Assembly: GCA_951406725.2 (NCBI GenBank)
Contig: OX597822.1
Location: 118,048,001-118,112,000, forward strand
Length of the DNA stretch: 64,000 nt
Source of the DNA: Octopus vulgaris
Taxonomy: Eukaryota
Direction of reading: 5' to 3'
Shown: positions 13,398 through 27,923 of the stretch, one piece after another
Position numbering within the stretch: the first letter of the stretch is position 1
Layout of the letters: the number at the start of each line of letters is the position of its first letter
Program-made: the position numbers and the translations under genes
The notes under the pieces: model-generated
What the model was told of the DNA's origin: nothing
Databases searched by the model: none
Seen by the model: only the letters and a program-made list of their open reading frames with translations

Positions 13398-13804
13398 GGT
13401 GCAGGAGTGGCTGTGTGGTAAGTAGCTTGCTAACCAACCACATGGTTCCGGGTTCTGTCCCACTGCGTGGCATCTTGGGCAAGTGTCTTCTGCTATAGCC
13501 CCGGGCCTTGTGAGTGGATTTGGTAGACGGAAACTGAAAGAAGCCTGTCGTATATATGTATATATGTATGTATATATGTATCTGTGTGTTTGTGTGTCTG
13601 TGTTTGTCCCCCTAGCATTGCTTGACAACCGATGCTGCTGTGTTTACGTCCCCGTCACTTAGCGGTTCGGCAAAAGAGACCGATAGAATAAGTACTGGGC
13701 TTACAAAGAATAAGTCCCGGGGTCGATTGCTCGACTAAAGGCGGTGCTCCAGCATGGCCGCAGTCAAATGACTGAAACAAGTAAAATAGTAAAAGAGTAA
13801 GAGT
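13398..13804 (+). mobile_element. SINE family A, near full length (small internal deletion)
   Basis: Same head, body and tail as 5135-5588; inserted in (TA)n. Confidence 0.95.
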
Positions 13805-13861
13805 ATATATATATATATATATATATATACACGCACACTCACACACACATACACACACCAC

Positions 13862-13917
<56 letters not shown>

Positions 13918-15430
13918 GAGAATTCACAAAATAACAAAAGACGAAGACAGGTGGTGTAGACAACAAACAGATATATATATATATATATAATATATAGTTT
14001 ACTGGATGTTTTTCGATTTCTTCTATCTAATAACATAATCTGCTACTTTGTGAAAATATATTTCGTTATCTTATGATATTGATCTGTCAATCTTGTGTTT
14101 ATTTAGCTTTCCACTAGGCATAGTCTTTATTTTTTCTGAAACGAAATGAAAGATTTGACTTTTATGCCTAAAGAGTAAAAACAAAACAATAAGGGAAGCT
14201 TAGGATATAGCATCTCATCTCAGCAAGGGAACCTGTACGTGGTTGTTGAATCCTCTAGAAATAGCAGTGAAAATCACACTTAGATTACACCAGACTGTTT
14301 TGAAAATGGGTGAAAAGAAAAACGGGCATTGGCTTAGATATTTCTAGTGAAACCCAAAAGAAAAAACTGAACCTATGTTCGTTATGCAGCGCTGAAGAAA
14401 ATACACCGATACTTTTTTTATATATTTGTGATTTAATGCATGACTTCTAACTTAATGCTCAAGTTCATATATTTTCTGAGAACTGAACAGTGGAGGAGAT
14501 CGATCACAGTCCTTGACTGGTGTTCATTTGCATCGATTCCAGAAAGATGGAAAGCAACGTTGATTTCGTCAGAATTTGAAATGGGTGAATTTTCATCTAT
14601 AAATTATGACAGCTGTTACCAACAACAGTGTTACCAACACCTAACATAAATCGACGTACAAGTTTATGACTAACTTCTCATCAAGACATGGAACATACAG
14701 TACAGGTGACGTCATGAATAAATAATTCTGTTGCTGCTGTATTGAGCTGGTGATTGTAAAACTAATCTAAATGATCGTAGTGGTGGTGCTATGAGTCAAC
14801 AGGCAACAAAACACTTAGTATTATGTCAGCAGGAATATGTTGAGTGTATCCGTAGTCAGTATTGATTTCTTATATAGGGTACCAGCGTTCGAATTTCTAC
14901 TGTTTTTATCGCTAATATATTCAACCAGCAATTGCGTTAGAACATTTCATAACAAGATATTTTTAATAGCTTAAATCAAAGTAGAATGCCAGCGCCCATG
15001 CAACATTTAGGGGCTGAGATATCAGTAGGAAGAAAGGGAGTAAGTTATCCTTAGACTAGAGAACTGGTCTACAAGCTTGCCAAAGTGTGACCTCCACAAA
15101 TGACTCCAAAATCCTAAATCTGATAATGGTGTTAAATTGAACGATGAATTAAATGTGCTCCCTTAAACAAAAATGGTCACTCCTTAAAGGGTTTCTACCG
15201 CTGTTCCATTTACCTATTTCACTTACAAATAGTTTAAAAGTTTTGCCCATTTTTGCAGAAATTGAACTCTTCTTAACTCAACTGATATCTGCCCTGTATG
15301 AAGGTAGAATACATTGTTATGATTTTCCTGTTCTCCATTCCAATCTCAGAGGAGAATTCAAATGCACGCCTGTAAACTAATGTTAAATAATAAACTACAT
15401 GCTGCCACTACTTGGTATCGCTGAATTGCA

Positions 15431-15690
15431 CCGAGATATGCTTGCTATATTTCTTAGATATGGTGGTCATGTTACCTGGATATGATGTATTATACGGCTG
15501 TTAGATATGTTTGTATGTTCATTGGAGATGTTTATATGGTAACTAGATATAACACAGTACCTAGATATGGCTTGTACGGTAATTAGATATGGTTTATATA
15601 GTACTTAGATATCGTGGGTGTTGTACTAGATATAATTGATATGGTGTATAATACCTAGATTTCATGAATATGGTCACGCTAGAATATATG
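15431..15690. repeat. Degenerate minisatellite, ~20-22-bp period
   Basis: (C/T)TAGATAT(G) recurs about 11-12 times with roughly regular spacing. Confidence 0.65.
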
Positions 15691-15981
15691 CTGTTACATT
15701 TTGTATCCAAGTCAAGAACTCGAGTTTGTTTGGCGGGAACTTTAGTTTCTCTAGTCAGACTACTTTCAAAGACTTTGATAACAAGATATTTCTGATTCTA
15801 TAGTCTTCTCGCTCGTTAGGGTACAGAAGAGAGCAATTTGCGTCTTTCTATGAAATGCGTCAATGACAAGGATACAGATTCTTACTGTTTCAAAACAGCG
15901 CCCTCAACAAACGCCATATGTGTAGTTACCTTTGCATGTGTCTCTAATGTACACACACACACACGTATACACACACACACG

Positions 15982-16019
<38 letters not shown>

Positions 16020-16300
16020 AACAAACAAACTGAGAGAACTCTTTTGAAGTGATCGAGGATGGTAGATACCGATATTTCGTCATTATTACGCAAGGCTTTG
16101 TGTATGTATTGTCACACTGAGTGAAATGACTCTAGGATCTCATGATTCATTTAATCAAACAATCAACCGAGGACGCGCATTTTACATATTGTATGGATGA
16201 TAATGATTACACATCTCACCAATGCACTACGGGTGTAGAAATGTGTCAAAGCAACTGTAGAGAATCTAAATAAAGCACGTTGTTCATTTCATTTTCCAAC

Positions 16301-16363
<63 letters not shown>

Positions 16364-16402
16364 TATATATATACATGTATGTATGCATGTATGTATGTAT
16401 GC

Positions 16403-16452
<50 letters not shown>

Positions 16453-16687
16453 TTGCATACATATGTATATATGCATTCATGTATGTGTGTATGTGTGATT
16501 TTTGTATGGGAAATGAAGCGAAACAGAATATGTGTTGCGGTTCAGGTTTCACGCAATTGCGAGCATCAAGCGAGATCTTGACTCCGCGGCCAACACTCAA
16601 TCTCAGTCCCAATAAGAGCTATTTCTTGTTCAAAACGTATTCACCGATAGTCCCTCATTCGCCAGATATAAACCAATGTGCGCACGT

Positions 16688-16783
<96 letters not shown>

Positions 16784-16869
16784 GAGAGAGAGAAGAAGAG
16801 TGAAAGAGAGATAAGTTTAAGTTTAAGTTAATTTTAAACTTATCTCTCTTTAGATAGATAGATAGATAG

Positions 16870-16987
<118 letters not shown>

Positions 16988-17803
16988 CATTATATATGTG
17001 CATATATGAATACTACCTATATATATATTTAGATATACATATATATGCATACATAAATAGTTACTTATACTTATATATAGATGGGCCATATATATATGCA
17101 TATACATATATACACATATATATGTATAACCATACTATTTATATCATGTTTCAGATTTAAGCAGCTTTTATATGCGCCATCTTCCACGAATGTAGATTTT
17201 TGCTCTTATTTCTGCCTTGTGCTATTTCGTGTGTGTTTTTTGCTTTTGTTTTTTTCGGTGTGTGGATTGTACTATTTTTTGATATCGATAAAATACGATT
17301 TTAGAAACTTTAAATAATTATACTTTAGTAATATTAAAAATTTCTCTTTTATTTTTCTTTCTTCTCAGTATAAAACTCATTCTACAAAGTAAAGATAAGA
17401 TAATTTCCACCTCAGTGCTAGAGAACAATATATAGAAAGATCTTGAAAACAGTGTATAACTAATAACATTATAAACATCTATTTGAAGATGTGCAATTTG
17501 CTAAGTAAATTTTGTTTATTCTTCCGCATGCAAACATAAAAAAAAAGTCAGAATTTGTTGGTTGAAACTTATCGATTTATTCGCATAATCATTTTATTTG
17601 TACATATTTGTTTTAAATAGACACAAGAACATCGTCATACAAACAATGGACAAATTGGTGGTTCGGGGTGGGGGGGAGAAAGAGTAGTAGGAAAAGAGGA
17701 GGGAGAGGGGGAGAAACTCGAAATAGAATGGCGGAAAAATAGAGAGAAATTTGCTGAAGCAGACGATTAAGAAGAGGTTAACTGGAGAGGAAATGAAGCG
17801 ATA

Positions 17804-18164
17804 GTGTATATGTGTGTGTGTTTGTGTGTGTGTGTATGTGTGTATGTATGTATGTATGTATGTGTGTATGTATGTATGTGTGTGTGTATGTACGTATGTA
17901 TGTATGTATGTATGTATGTATGTGTGTATGTATGTATGTATGTATGTATGTATGTGTGTATGTATGTATGTATGTATGTATGTATGTATGTATGTATCTA
18001 TGTATCTATGTATGTATCTATGTATCTATGTATGTATGTATGTATGTATGTATGTATGTATGTATGTATGTATGTATGTATGTATGTATGTATGTATGTA
18101 TGTATGTATGTATGTATGTATGTATGTATGTATGTATGTATGTATGTATGTATGTATGTATGTA
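17804..18164. repeat. (TATG)n microsatellite
   Basis: Direct reading; source of the MYVC ORFs. Confidence 0.97.
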
Positions 18165-18219
18165 TTCTTTTATTTTACACAAGTCAGTCATCAGACATCG
18201 CCTCGAAGAATTTTAGTCG

Positions 18220-18640
18220 AACAAACCCATCCCTTTACTCATTTTTTTTAAAGCCTGATACTTGTTCCATCTGTCTCTATTGTAGAACGGGTACGTTACA
18301 GGGTTGGAAACAAATCAACACCGGTTGTTAAGGGTGGTGGGGAACAAACACAGATAATAAGGCCACTTGTTGGTGATGTCCTGTACTTGTGTATTTTTGT
18401 GTATTTTGCCCCGTACTTATCTCTCATGTGTTTACGTTTTGTTTTCACTCATTGATGTCCTGTACTTAATGTGTGTGTGTATGTATATATATATATATAT
18501 ATACGACATACTTCTTTCCGTTTCTCTCTACCAAATTCACTCGATAGGCCTTGGTCAGCCCGAGGCAATGGTAAAAGACACCATCCCAAGTTGCCACGCA
18601 GTGGGACTAGACCCGAAACATTTGGTTGGAAAGAAACAAT
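18220..18640 (-). mobile_element. Diverged SINE family A
   Basis: TACCAAATTCACTC..GCCTTGGTCAGCCCGAGGC..GCCACGCAGTGGGACT.GACCCG. Confidence 0.75.
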
Positions 18641-18948
18641 GCAGTTATCAATGGGATGAGATGAAATTAATACCTGGAAGGTTTCACAGTTCTAGCACCA
18701 CTCCTTCATAATCAGCCTACTAACTTTTCAGGCTCGTATGTCTATGGGAGAATATATACGTACAAACATGAAGTTATATATGCATACATACATACATACA
18801 TGCATGCATGCATAGATACATACATACATACATGCATGCATACATACATACATACATACATGCATGCATACATGCATGCATACATACATACATACATACA
18901 TACATACATACATACATACATACATACATACATACATACATACATACA

Positions 18949-19507
18949 TGGTGGCTGCCCCCTCGTTATCGAGTATGGCCATTGCACAAAACTTAATCAA
19001 TGTTGTTATTGTGCAATGCCTGTGCAAGAAGATTTTTTTTTAAGTGAGGAAAGGCTGTGCACTGAGTCAATCCCACTCACTAAGCAACAGCAGCCATAAT
19101 CCGAAAAGAAGAACAAGTCAACATCATCGGTAACCACTGAGCCACAGGTTTTATGTCGGAGTTATCCCAGTTACCTGAGTTACCTTCTCCTAGAAGGATG
19201 CCCTAACAAAGGCTAGGAGTCCTTCACTCCCAATGGTTTAACCACGCGATCGGGTATTCAGTCCGATTATTTCTATGTCCCCGCGCATGATACAGCCTTA
19301 AGACATTTATTGGATGGCCGTTGACTCTCAAGAGTTCCTCCGCCCTTTGACAGGTTTTGTTTTTCATCCCGCAGGGTGACCAATAAACACCCTCCTCACC
19401 AAGCAAGCTTGGTGGGGTTGCCGGTTTAGTCGCCGACGACCCGACCATGCAACAGGTTGTACTGGGTTACATGTTACCAGTAGCACTCGAAAGTGACCTG
19501 ACATAAC

Positions 19508-19508
<1 letters not shown>
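18949..19508. mobile_element. Unclassified interspersed repeat between (TACA)n and (TATG)n
   Basis: GC-richer island with sharp microsatellite borders; TTACCTTCTCCTAG..AAGGCTAGGAG resembles RTE-type UTR sequence (recollection only). Confidence 0.4.
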
Positions 19509-19538
<30 letters not shown>

Positions 19539-19746
19539 TGTATGTATGTATGTATGTATGTATGTATGTATGTATGTATGTATGTATGTATGTATTTATG
19601 TATGTATGTATGTAAGTATGTATGTATGTATGTGTGTGTGTATGTATGTATGTATGTATGTAAGTATGTATGTATGTGCAGATTTGTATGTTTTATGTAT
19701 GTATTCTCATGCATATAGTTACATATCTAGACAAGCTCATATATAT

Positions 19747-20419
19747 TTAAATGATAAACTTTTGGAAGATATTTACAGTTCCAGTGATGGATTGGATCTT
19801 TAGTTTTCGAATTAGTTTCCTCCTTTCTGGTTTAGAGAAGCTTAATTTCTCAAGATTAGTATTTAGGCAATGTATTATATATCCCTGAGCCCCAATAATT
19901 ACAAGTATAAGCCTGAACTTGTAATCTGGATAGAGTAACTGCAAATTTCTCGGTAGTTCAGCATAGGTGTTCTCGTTTTCACTGATCTTCAGCTTTATGT
20001 TAACATCTACTGGGTAGCTAATTTCCATAACTGTACACAGTTTCTCTTCTCTATTCCAAATCATTACATCAGGTCTGATATGCTTACACTTTATTGAGGT
20101 CTTCACTGGTACGTTCCACCAGTATTCCTTTTCATTATGAGTGGATATGGCTTCTACCATATCGTGGGTTTTTATTTCTTTGTCCTCATGATTATCCTTC
20201 CGACGGATTTCATTATAGAGTGTCCTAGCTACAACGTTATATCTCATCGGTAGATAATACCGCCATGACATCTTTGGACAACTCCTTATGATGTGGGTGA
20301 TGTCTTGAACTCCACAAAATCTGCATCGGTTGTCACATTTTACGGCATTTTCTGCACCTCTATCTATTTTGTGCATCAGGTACTTGGTTGACATTTCCTC
20401 TTCCTGGATTGCAAACGCA
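19747..20419 (-). mobile_element. R4/Dong-like non-LTR retrotransposon 3' fragment (Zn knuckle + RLE endonuclease)
   Basis: FAIQE..., CRFC-x-H-x-C knuckle (CRFCG..DITHIIRSC), RYNVVA, YWWN, RPDV, EISYP (PD-(D/E)XK); 5' end abuts (TATG)n. Confidence 0.85.
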
Positions 20420-21093
20420 TGTATGTATGTATGTATGTATACATGTATGTATGTATGTATTATGTACAAGTAGTATGGAAAGAACTGAATAGATTTTGGC
20501 AATTTAACTTAGAAGCACCTCCAATTAATTCAGCTGCTCAGTAAAGCGGTCCGTACAAAGCTAAACTGTTGTATACTGATTCTGGATGCCCGGCAAATCC
20601 ATGAATAGACCAAAGGTATAATTTATGCATATTACGTAATGTATCATTTAGTAAACAAAAACAAATATATAGTTGAAAACATCACTACATACATTCCAAT
20701 GTTTTGGTTTACTCTCGAATACGACGTCTGTTACATATATGGCAGTATATCACCTGGTGAAATGTAGAGGTTATACAGAAGGCAAATTTATAAGAATATA
20801 ACCGTCATTCCGCAAGGTGCAAGCATTTTTGACTGCATATAAGATACCCATGCTTTTGTATGATATCGGCGAGCAGACGTAGACACGTAGATACCGACTC
20901 GGTCCCCAGCGACACATGCGACACTCGGTCCCCAGCGACACATCCTGGATGTGAGACCTGAAAGTAGAGAGGCTACATCCACACACAGCTGTTGCTTAAC
21001 TTCAGCTGAATAGACTAGAAGATTCTGGAACCGAGTGTCTTCCTAAAAGAGAAAGCAGTTCACAAACTTCTGATCGTAAGCCTAGCTTCCTAA

Positions 21094-21322
21094 TTTCTTT
21101 ACTACCCACAAGCGGCTAAACACAGAAGGGACAAACAAGAACAGACAAAGGGATTAAGGCGATTATATCGACCCCAGTGCGTAATTGGTACTTAATTTAT
21201 CGACCCCGAAAGGATGAAAGGCAAAGTTGACCTCGGCGGAATTTGAACTCAGAACGTAACGGCAGACGAAATACCGATAAGCATTTTGCCCGGCGCGCTA
21301 ACGTTTCTGCCAGCTCGCCGCC
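21094..21322 (-). mobile_element. SINE family B (GTTTGTCCC..GTAAAGAAAT-tail subtype) with TSD
   Basis: Full head and core; direct repeat GCCTAGCTTCCTAA at 21080-21093 and 21320-21333. Confidence 0.93.
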
Positions 21323-21522
21323 TAGCTTCCTAACCACTTAGTCATGCGTCTCTGTGTACACATTCACTCACTCACGTGTAATACGAGTATAAGTGATTCA
21401 GGTTCTGCCGAGAGAAGGAACTCTGATCGCTAGATTTTAAGTCCAGAGCGATCTCCATTAAGTCAGGTGCTTGTGTGTGTGTGAATGCGTGTGTGTATGT
21501 GTGTGTGTGTGAATGCGCGCGC

Positions 21523-21557
<35 letters not shown>

Positions 21558-22160
21558 CGTGTGTGTGTGTGTGTGTGTTCTTATTTTGAGTTCTATTTTA
21601 AAAAGAATTCTTGAACACGCACACCTACTCGCGTTCGAGTACATACACTCTCACACGCACACACACTCATACACATACACAGAAGCAGTATCATCAATTT
21701 ATCGCTCCATCATTTCCCTTTTTCTACTCCATCTTCGTCTTATTTCAGCCCTGATTATTAATGTGTTTACCTTTCTTAATTCCACAATTTATTGCTTTAC
21801 GTCCCGTTAATGTTACAAACATTCACCACTCAAATGCGTCTAGATGGTTTCCGGTGGGTTTTTTTTTTCTTTTTATTACTTCTTTGTACCACGATGTTGT
21901 CAATTTTCCTACCTGACCGATGTGTTTAATACCACTTCGAATATTCGATGAAAAAAAATCAATAATTTGTAAACACGACTGATTGTCAATAAATCAATTC
22001 TGTTAACAATATGCCTGCATCATCATATTGTATTTAAGTCGGTTGATAAACATATTCTCTCGATATCATGTCAGAGAGGAAAAGAACAAAAATCAATATT
22101 TTGATCGACTTTCGAATAATTTATTTCTATTTCAAATGCCTCAACATGTATAATTCTAGT

Positions 22161-22382
22161 TTAACCCTTTTGTTACCATATTACTGTTGAAATCGACTGC
22201 CTTTATTTTGGAAATAATGAAGAATTTAGAGGAATTTCTATGTCATTATTAAGTTGATGATTGGAACAGAAATTAAGGATGACAACATAATGAAATGTTT
22301 TAAGTTAGATTACTTTAAAGCAAGAAGTTTAAAGTCATAGAAGCAGGGACGGTCTGGAGTGGTTTGGCATCAAAGGGGTCAA
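22161..22382. mobile_element. TTAA-type (piggyBac-like) MITE
   Basis: TTAA|CCCTTTTGTTACC ... GGCATCAAAGGGG|TCAA; related partial copies at ~22425-22610 and ~32650-32835 (opposite strand). Confidence 0.55.
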
Positions 22383-23894
22383 GTAAGCATCACGGAAAGA
22401 GACAGAAGCTAAATCACGTGACAAGAATATTTCTGTTGAAATACACTGTCCTTATTTTACTTGAATTTGAAAAATGGAGAATATTGTAAAATAACTTTGG
22501 TAGAAAAATTGGTGTTTGGAACGTCAGAAAAAATGAAATTTTGGTGGAGGATTTTAAACTACGAACACTTTAAAACAAAGTGTTTTGGGCAGGTTGGTAT
22601 CAAATGTTATGACTTATCAATACACTGGAATATCTCTTGAATTCCTTTGGTTATACATATCACTTCTTCAATAAAGACCTGGGGTTTTTTTTAGGTTTCC
22701 TATTTGTTTAGTAGGGAAAGTATTTTGCTTGACGCCACCATGAAAATCATTTCCTTGAGATATTGGGGTTGCACCTAGCACATTCAACTTATCTTCGGAG
22801 TAGACTCTCTATTTCATTTTTTTTCTTGTTTGCCGTTTTTACTAATTAAACACTCTCCCATCCTTCTCACTCTCTACATCCTCCCCATTGTTACAAGACA
22901 ATGGAGTAGCCATGACGTTTCGTTCCTAGAACGAGGTAAAGTTGGGAGCTGCCGCCGGTGGAGCAAATAACAGTGTTGCTGCGACAGCAGTGCTTGGTGC
23001 CAGTTGTTATTGTTGATGATCCGCCACATTTCCCTTTTCTCTGCTTTATGGTTCTTCAGATTAGAAAGTCTTTTAGTGAGTCTCACTTCCATAAGTGTAA
23101 CAGTCCATTTTATATGCACCACTCTCGTTGCTTATAATTCTACACCTACACCAAGTCTTGAATGGCTTCATGCTTTTCTGAGGTTATTACAACTCATTAG
23201 TTCATACTGACCCCTTCCAACCAGATGTCATTTCTCGTGATCTCACAACGTACCTGTATTATATTACAAAGGTGACCACAAATCAGCCAGTCTTAACAGC
23301 CAGTCTTTTATTGCACTGATCCGTGTATTGTTTTAGAGAGCCTATAGGCGGATGTGTGCCGCACTAAACAGTCAGTCGCCTCGCCTTGGTATTGCTGTTA
23401 AAAACTAGGTAGATGCCACCATATATGACATATTGCCAAAATTCATAGAAACTAGATCTATTCATGTATAGAACTGTTCTTTGCAACTGTTCTTCCACTT
23501 CTAACAATACAGAAGTATGTTACCCTCCTCATTGCAAGATCTTGTATGTGCTGCATGGGTGAGAAGGTGCTGTCACTCATAGCACAGTTTTCAATGTGTT
23601 TTATTTGTTTCGAACTGACATATCTCAAGAAACTATTTGTGAATCTCAAGAAAATCTTACATTAATGTTATTTTTAACAACTTCTTTAACCGTTTGAAGT
23701 TTTTGCTGTATCCGTTCAGACTTAGTTATTTTTACAATCTGTTTGTCTTTTTCATTATACGTGTTCGAATTAAATTTTATATATAATACATATTTTATAT
23801 CTGTTTGTAGTTGGGCGGTGGTTTGTTTGTTTACAATCATGCTATCGTTTCTATGGCAAACACTCCCTTATATAATAGCAATATAATTAATAAT

Positions 23895-24295
23895 TCTTTC
23901 AAATTTTGGAACAAAGTCAGCTATTTTAGGGAGAAGGTAAGTTGATTACATTCCCGTCATTACTTGACTGACACTTCACGTTATCGACCCCAGAAGAATC
24001 AAGGGCAAAGTTGGCTTCAATGAGATTTGAACTCCCCATGACGTAGAAAGTCGGAAGAAATGTTGCTAAGCATTTTATCTGACGCTTTCACGATACTGAC
24101 AGCTCACCACTGCCTTTAGTTATTCCAAACTTTGACTCGAGATCAGTTATTTTAGATGGAGTGGGTCACTCTATTGCACCAATTCAGTGTTCAACTGGTA
24201 CTTACTATACGGCCTTGGCACTATTTGAACTTAGAATGTAAACAGCCGGAAGAAATGCCGCAAGATGTTTTTCCCAACGCGCTCACGATTCTAGG
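23895..24295 (-). mobile_element. Two adjacent diverged SINE family B copies
   Basis: TTATCGACCCC..GGCAAAGTTG..TTTGAACTC..GCTAAGCATTTT; the second has TTCAACTGGTAC..TTTGAACTTAGAATG. Confidence 0.75.
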
Positions 24296-25369
24296 AAGAT
24301 AATAATATCAATGGAAGCTGAGTTCTTTTAAATTCAACACCATTCAATGGTGACGAGAAACGAACCGCTAATATTTCGTTTGGCGAATCTATTAATTTAT
24401 CGTCTGCGCCAGCTTCAAATTGTGTCTTTATCGATCGAAGGATATTTAGAAGGTGATTAAAAGATTGCGATTTTCAAGCCGGAAATTTCCATCAGTTGTG
24501 TCATAAATGAATATTTCTGATATTAGTAGTTTGTGGTAATTCTGAGAATGTTTAAGCAAAATATTTTCATGATCTTGCAGAGTCATTGTACAAATATCAA
24601 TGAGGAAATAAAAATAAAAGCATAAAGAGCAGTTCCTGTTTATCTAAAGCTGCTGGAGTCTGTCATTAATCGGGTTCACATTTAAATACAAAATTAAAAG
24701 CGAACGTGAAAGAGAATGATTCGAAGAGAGAATGATGGGGAGAGAAAGAGGGAGACGAAACGAATGAGGCATTGCGCCCGTTGTGACAAATCGACGATCC
24801 ATTTTGAAATAAAGTTAATGCCTTCGAGAACACAACGATTCCAGCCTCCTCTTTCCTTCACTGCAAATTTTACCCTCTGTGCTTCTGCAATATAATAATA
24901 CAAAATACGGATAGAAATTGGATCTTAATGGTTTAATGTCTGAGTGAGAGGTCCTTGGCGATAGAAATTAACCTGGTATTGGTATTCTATAGTGTTTTTG
25001 TATAATACTGCTGAGAAATGTAATTTTAATTCTATATAACTAATGTTTGACTCTTTCCTTTACGATATTGCATTTAGGCATTCAAGTTGGAAATTTTATT
25101 TACACAATTTAGAAATGAATCTTGCGAGTGACGCACAGTGGGGGGACTTCTTCACTCGGTGAGTCAATCAGATGAGTTGATTTCATTCACATCTGATTAA
25201 AGTTAAATCAATTATCTCAGCCCCCGTTTTCCTTGTGAAAGATCTTGATGATATTAAAATTTCTCATTTCACTTCGCTTTCTGTTACCTGAACTGCAGAG
25301 GCGGACACATACTGAGGCTAATAATTGTATCAACTACCACTATGATAGCCGTACAAATAATAGTAATAC

Positions 25370-25583
25370 TGGTTTCAAATTTTCGCACACGGCCAGCAGT
25401 TTTGGAGGAAGAGGTATGTCGATTACATCGACCCCACTACTCAACTCGTACTTATTTTATCAACCCCGAAAAGATGATAGGCAAAGTGGACTTCGGTTGA
25501 ATTTGAACTGAGAATGCAAGGACAGGCGAAATGCCGCTAAGCATTTTGCCCCGTGTGCTAACGATTCTGCCAGCTCACCGCCT
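25370..25583 (-). mobile_element. SINE family B
   Basis: TGGTTTCAAATTT..GATTACATCGACCCC..GCTAACGATTCTGCCAGCTCACCGCC. Confidence 0.9.
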
Positions 25584-25772
25584 TACCCATTTTACTACCT
25601 AATGTACGAATACCGTTTTTTTTTTACTCGTGGACTTTTAGTCAAGAATATATAACACAAACACACACACACACATACACTCGCTCTCACACACATACGA
25701 GCGCGCACACGTATACATGCACATATACATATATACATAAGTGTATATATTTATATAGATGTATATAAATAT

Positions 25773-25945
25773 GACAACCGATGCCGGTGTGTTTACGTCC
25801 CCGTAACTTAGCGGTTCGGCAAATAAGACCGATAGAATAAGTGCTAGGCTTACAAAGATGTCCTGGGGTCGATTTGCTCGACTAAAGGTGGTGCTCCATC
25901 ATGGCCGCAACCAATTGACTGAAACAAGTAAAAGAGTAAAAGAGT
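25773..25945 (+). mobile_element. SINE family A, 5'-truncated
   Basis: GACAACCGATGCCGGTGTG...TGACTGAAACAAGTAAAAGAGTAAAAGAG. Confidence 0.9.
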
Positions 25946-26583
25946 ATAATATAATGTAATATAATGCATATAATTTCCGATTATGTGTATACGAATGCAT
26001 GTATGGGTATTTATTTGTAACTACACCATATATTTGTGTATAAATACACGCATGCGTGATTGTATTCGTAAACGTATGAAACGGTGTTTCGAGAGTCAAT
26101 CTTTAAGACCGATCATCTTATGATGGAAAATATGCTGATCTCCTTTGGGGATTCTTCTATTTTAAGCAAACCAGTTCGTTCTATACAGTTTAGCTGAAGA
26201 AACTTGCTTGGCTTCCAAGTAACAGCGAGCTATTGGCATCTTAATTTTAATTTGTCTTCCTTTCTGTCTAGTTGAGGTATCTTTATGCGACAACATATCG
26301 CTATTCGACGACAGCTACTGTCAACAACAGGAAGAAAAGGTGACACTTTGTCTTTACTCACAATGATGATATAGTTTTAGATTTAATTGCCTTTCAAATA
26401 AGGATAATCACAAAAGCTTGTCACAACAAACTGCTAGTTTTTCTTCGTTTTATTTCTTCATTCTGAAGTGGATTAGATATAATTACGAATGAAAAATAAG
26501 GTATATAATAAAAGAAAGTATAAAAAGAAACTCTACAAACTTCTTAATTTTAGAGCAGTGTGTGTCTATGTACATCTGTATGC

Positions 26584-26651
<68 letters not shown>

Positions 26652-26765
26652 ATAATATATATATGTATATGTAATATATATATGTATATATAAATATATA
26701 TACATATATATGTATGTATATTATATATTATATATATAACATATATATCTATATCTGTATCTATA

Positions 26766-26810
<45 letters not shown>

Positions 26811-26919
26811 GTATATGTATATATTATATAAATATTATATATGCTAAATAAAAGGAGACAGCAAAGTCATGGCAGTGTGGAATTTCTAGATTTCTAGTAC
26901 ATTTTTAAAGGGAAAGGTA

Positions 26920-26970
26920 GTCTCACATCTGTTTCAGGGACATGAGGGATATTATCCCTTTATCAGAGCC
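26920..26970 (-). ncRNA. Degenerate hammerhead motif (PLE-type, family H2)
   Basis: Minus strand: GGCT-CTGATAA-AGGGATAATATCCCTCATGTCCCT-GAAACAGATGTG-AGAC; homologous to 54908-54955. Confidence 0.5.
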
Positions 26971-27865
26971 TATATGAGAGAGTTAAAGAGAGGGAAATAT
27001 AAGAAATTTAATATAAGAAATTTTAATAAAATATATGTATGTATGTTTTGATCCATATATACAGTTTTGATCCATGTGTGTGTGTGTGTATAAACCTATA
27101 TCGAACTTACATGCACAAGATATGTGTTTGCGTCCGTGAGTCGGCTGCAACTTGTAGGCGTGAGAGAATGTCTTCTGGTCAATAGGCCTGGTGTTAAAAT
27201 ACCTGGAAGTCATAGACAAGCAAGATAATTAATGCCTCGTCATTTGTGTGACTTCTCAATAACACGTAGCCAAAACGAGGCCAGGCGCAAGATTGATCGC
27301 TCTCTATGGCTATATGTAAAATGGTGTGAGAACCATGTACTGGTATGTTTCAACGTTTCACACCGCGGAGAAAATACAAATAAGAATGAGAAGCAACCTA
27401 TTATGAAACGTCGAGACATACCAGCACATAGCCCTCACAGCCTCAAGATGATTCTCATGTATATTTGAACATACATATATATCGCATTACAACTATGCTC
27501 ATTTAAACCAAACTTGTAGCATAACCAAGCATTTCTCCCTAATTTTTTCCGAATACCTCCGAACACAAGCTTTCTGCAAACAGACAATTATTTATAGAAG
27601 CCTCACAATACCCACCCGCAGATGCGGTTACACACGCAAGGTTACATATACGGATAACACAACACACAATAGGAAGAAAACATTTCACAACACATTTTTT
27701 CCGATGCACAAATGTTTCTGCCAGTCCACCGTCCTTCATTGTTGCACAGAAGTGTTCGAAGATACTTAATTCCTGGGTCTAATACGCTTGAGTAATCTCA
27801 CCATGCTAAGTTCCATAACTACTGAGCTTTATTTGGCATTTTATCCTTGCACGGTCGATAAGACG

Positions 27866-27891
27866 ACAACAACAACAACAACAACAACAAC

Positions 27892-27923
<32 letters not shown>

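Noticed and set aside
15431-15690. CRISPR-like array
   Set aside because: The conserved core is only ~7 bp, spacers are short, there are no cas genes, and the context is eukaryotic.
22874-23840. Three collinear minus-strand ORFs as a pseudogene
   Set aside because: No recognisable motifs, and stops lie between the segments.
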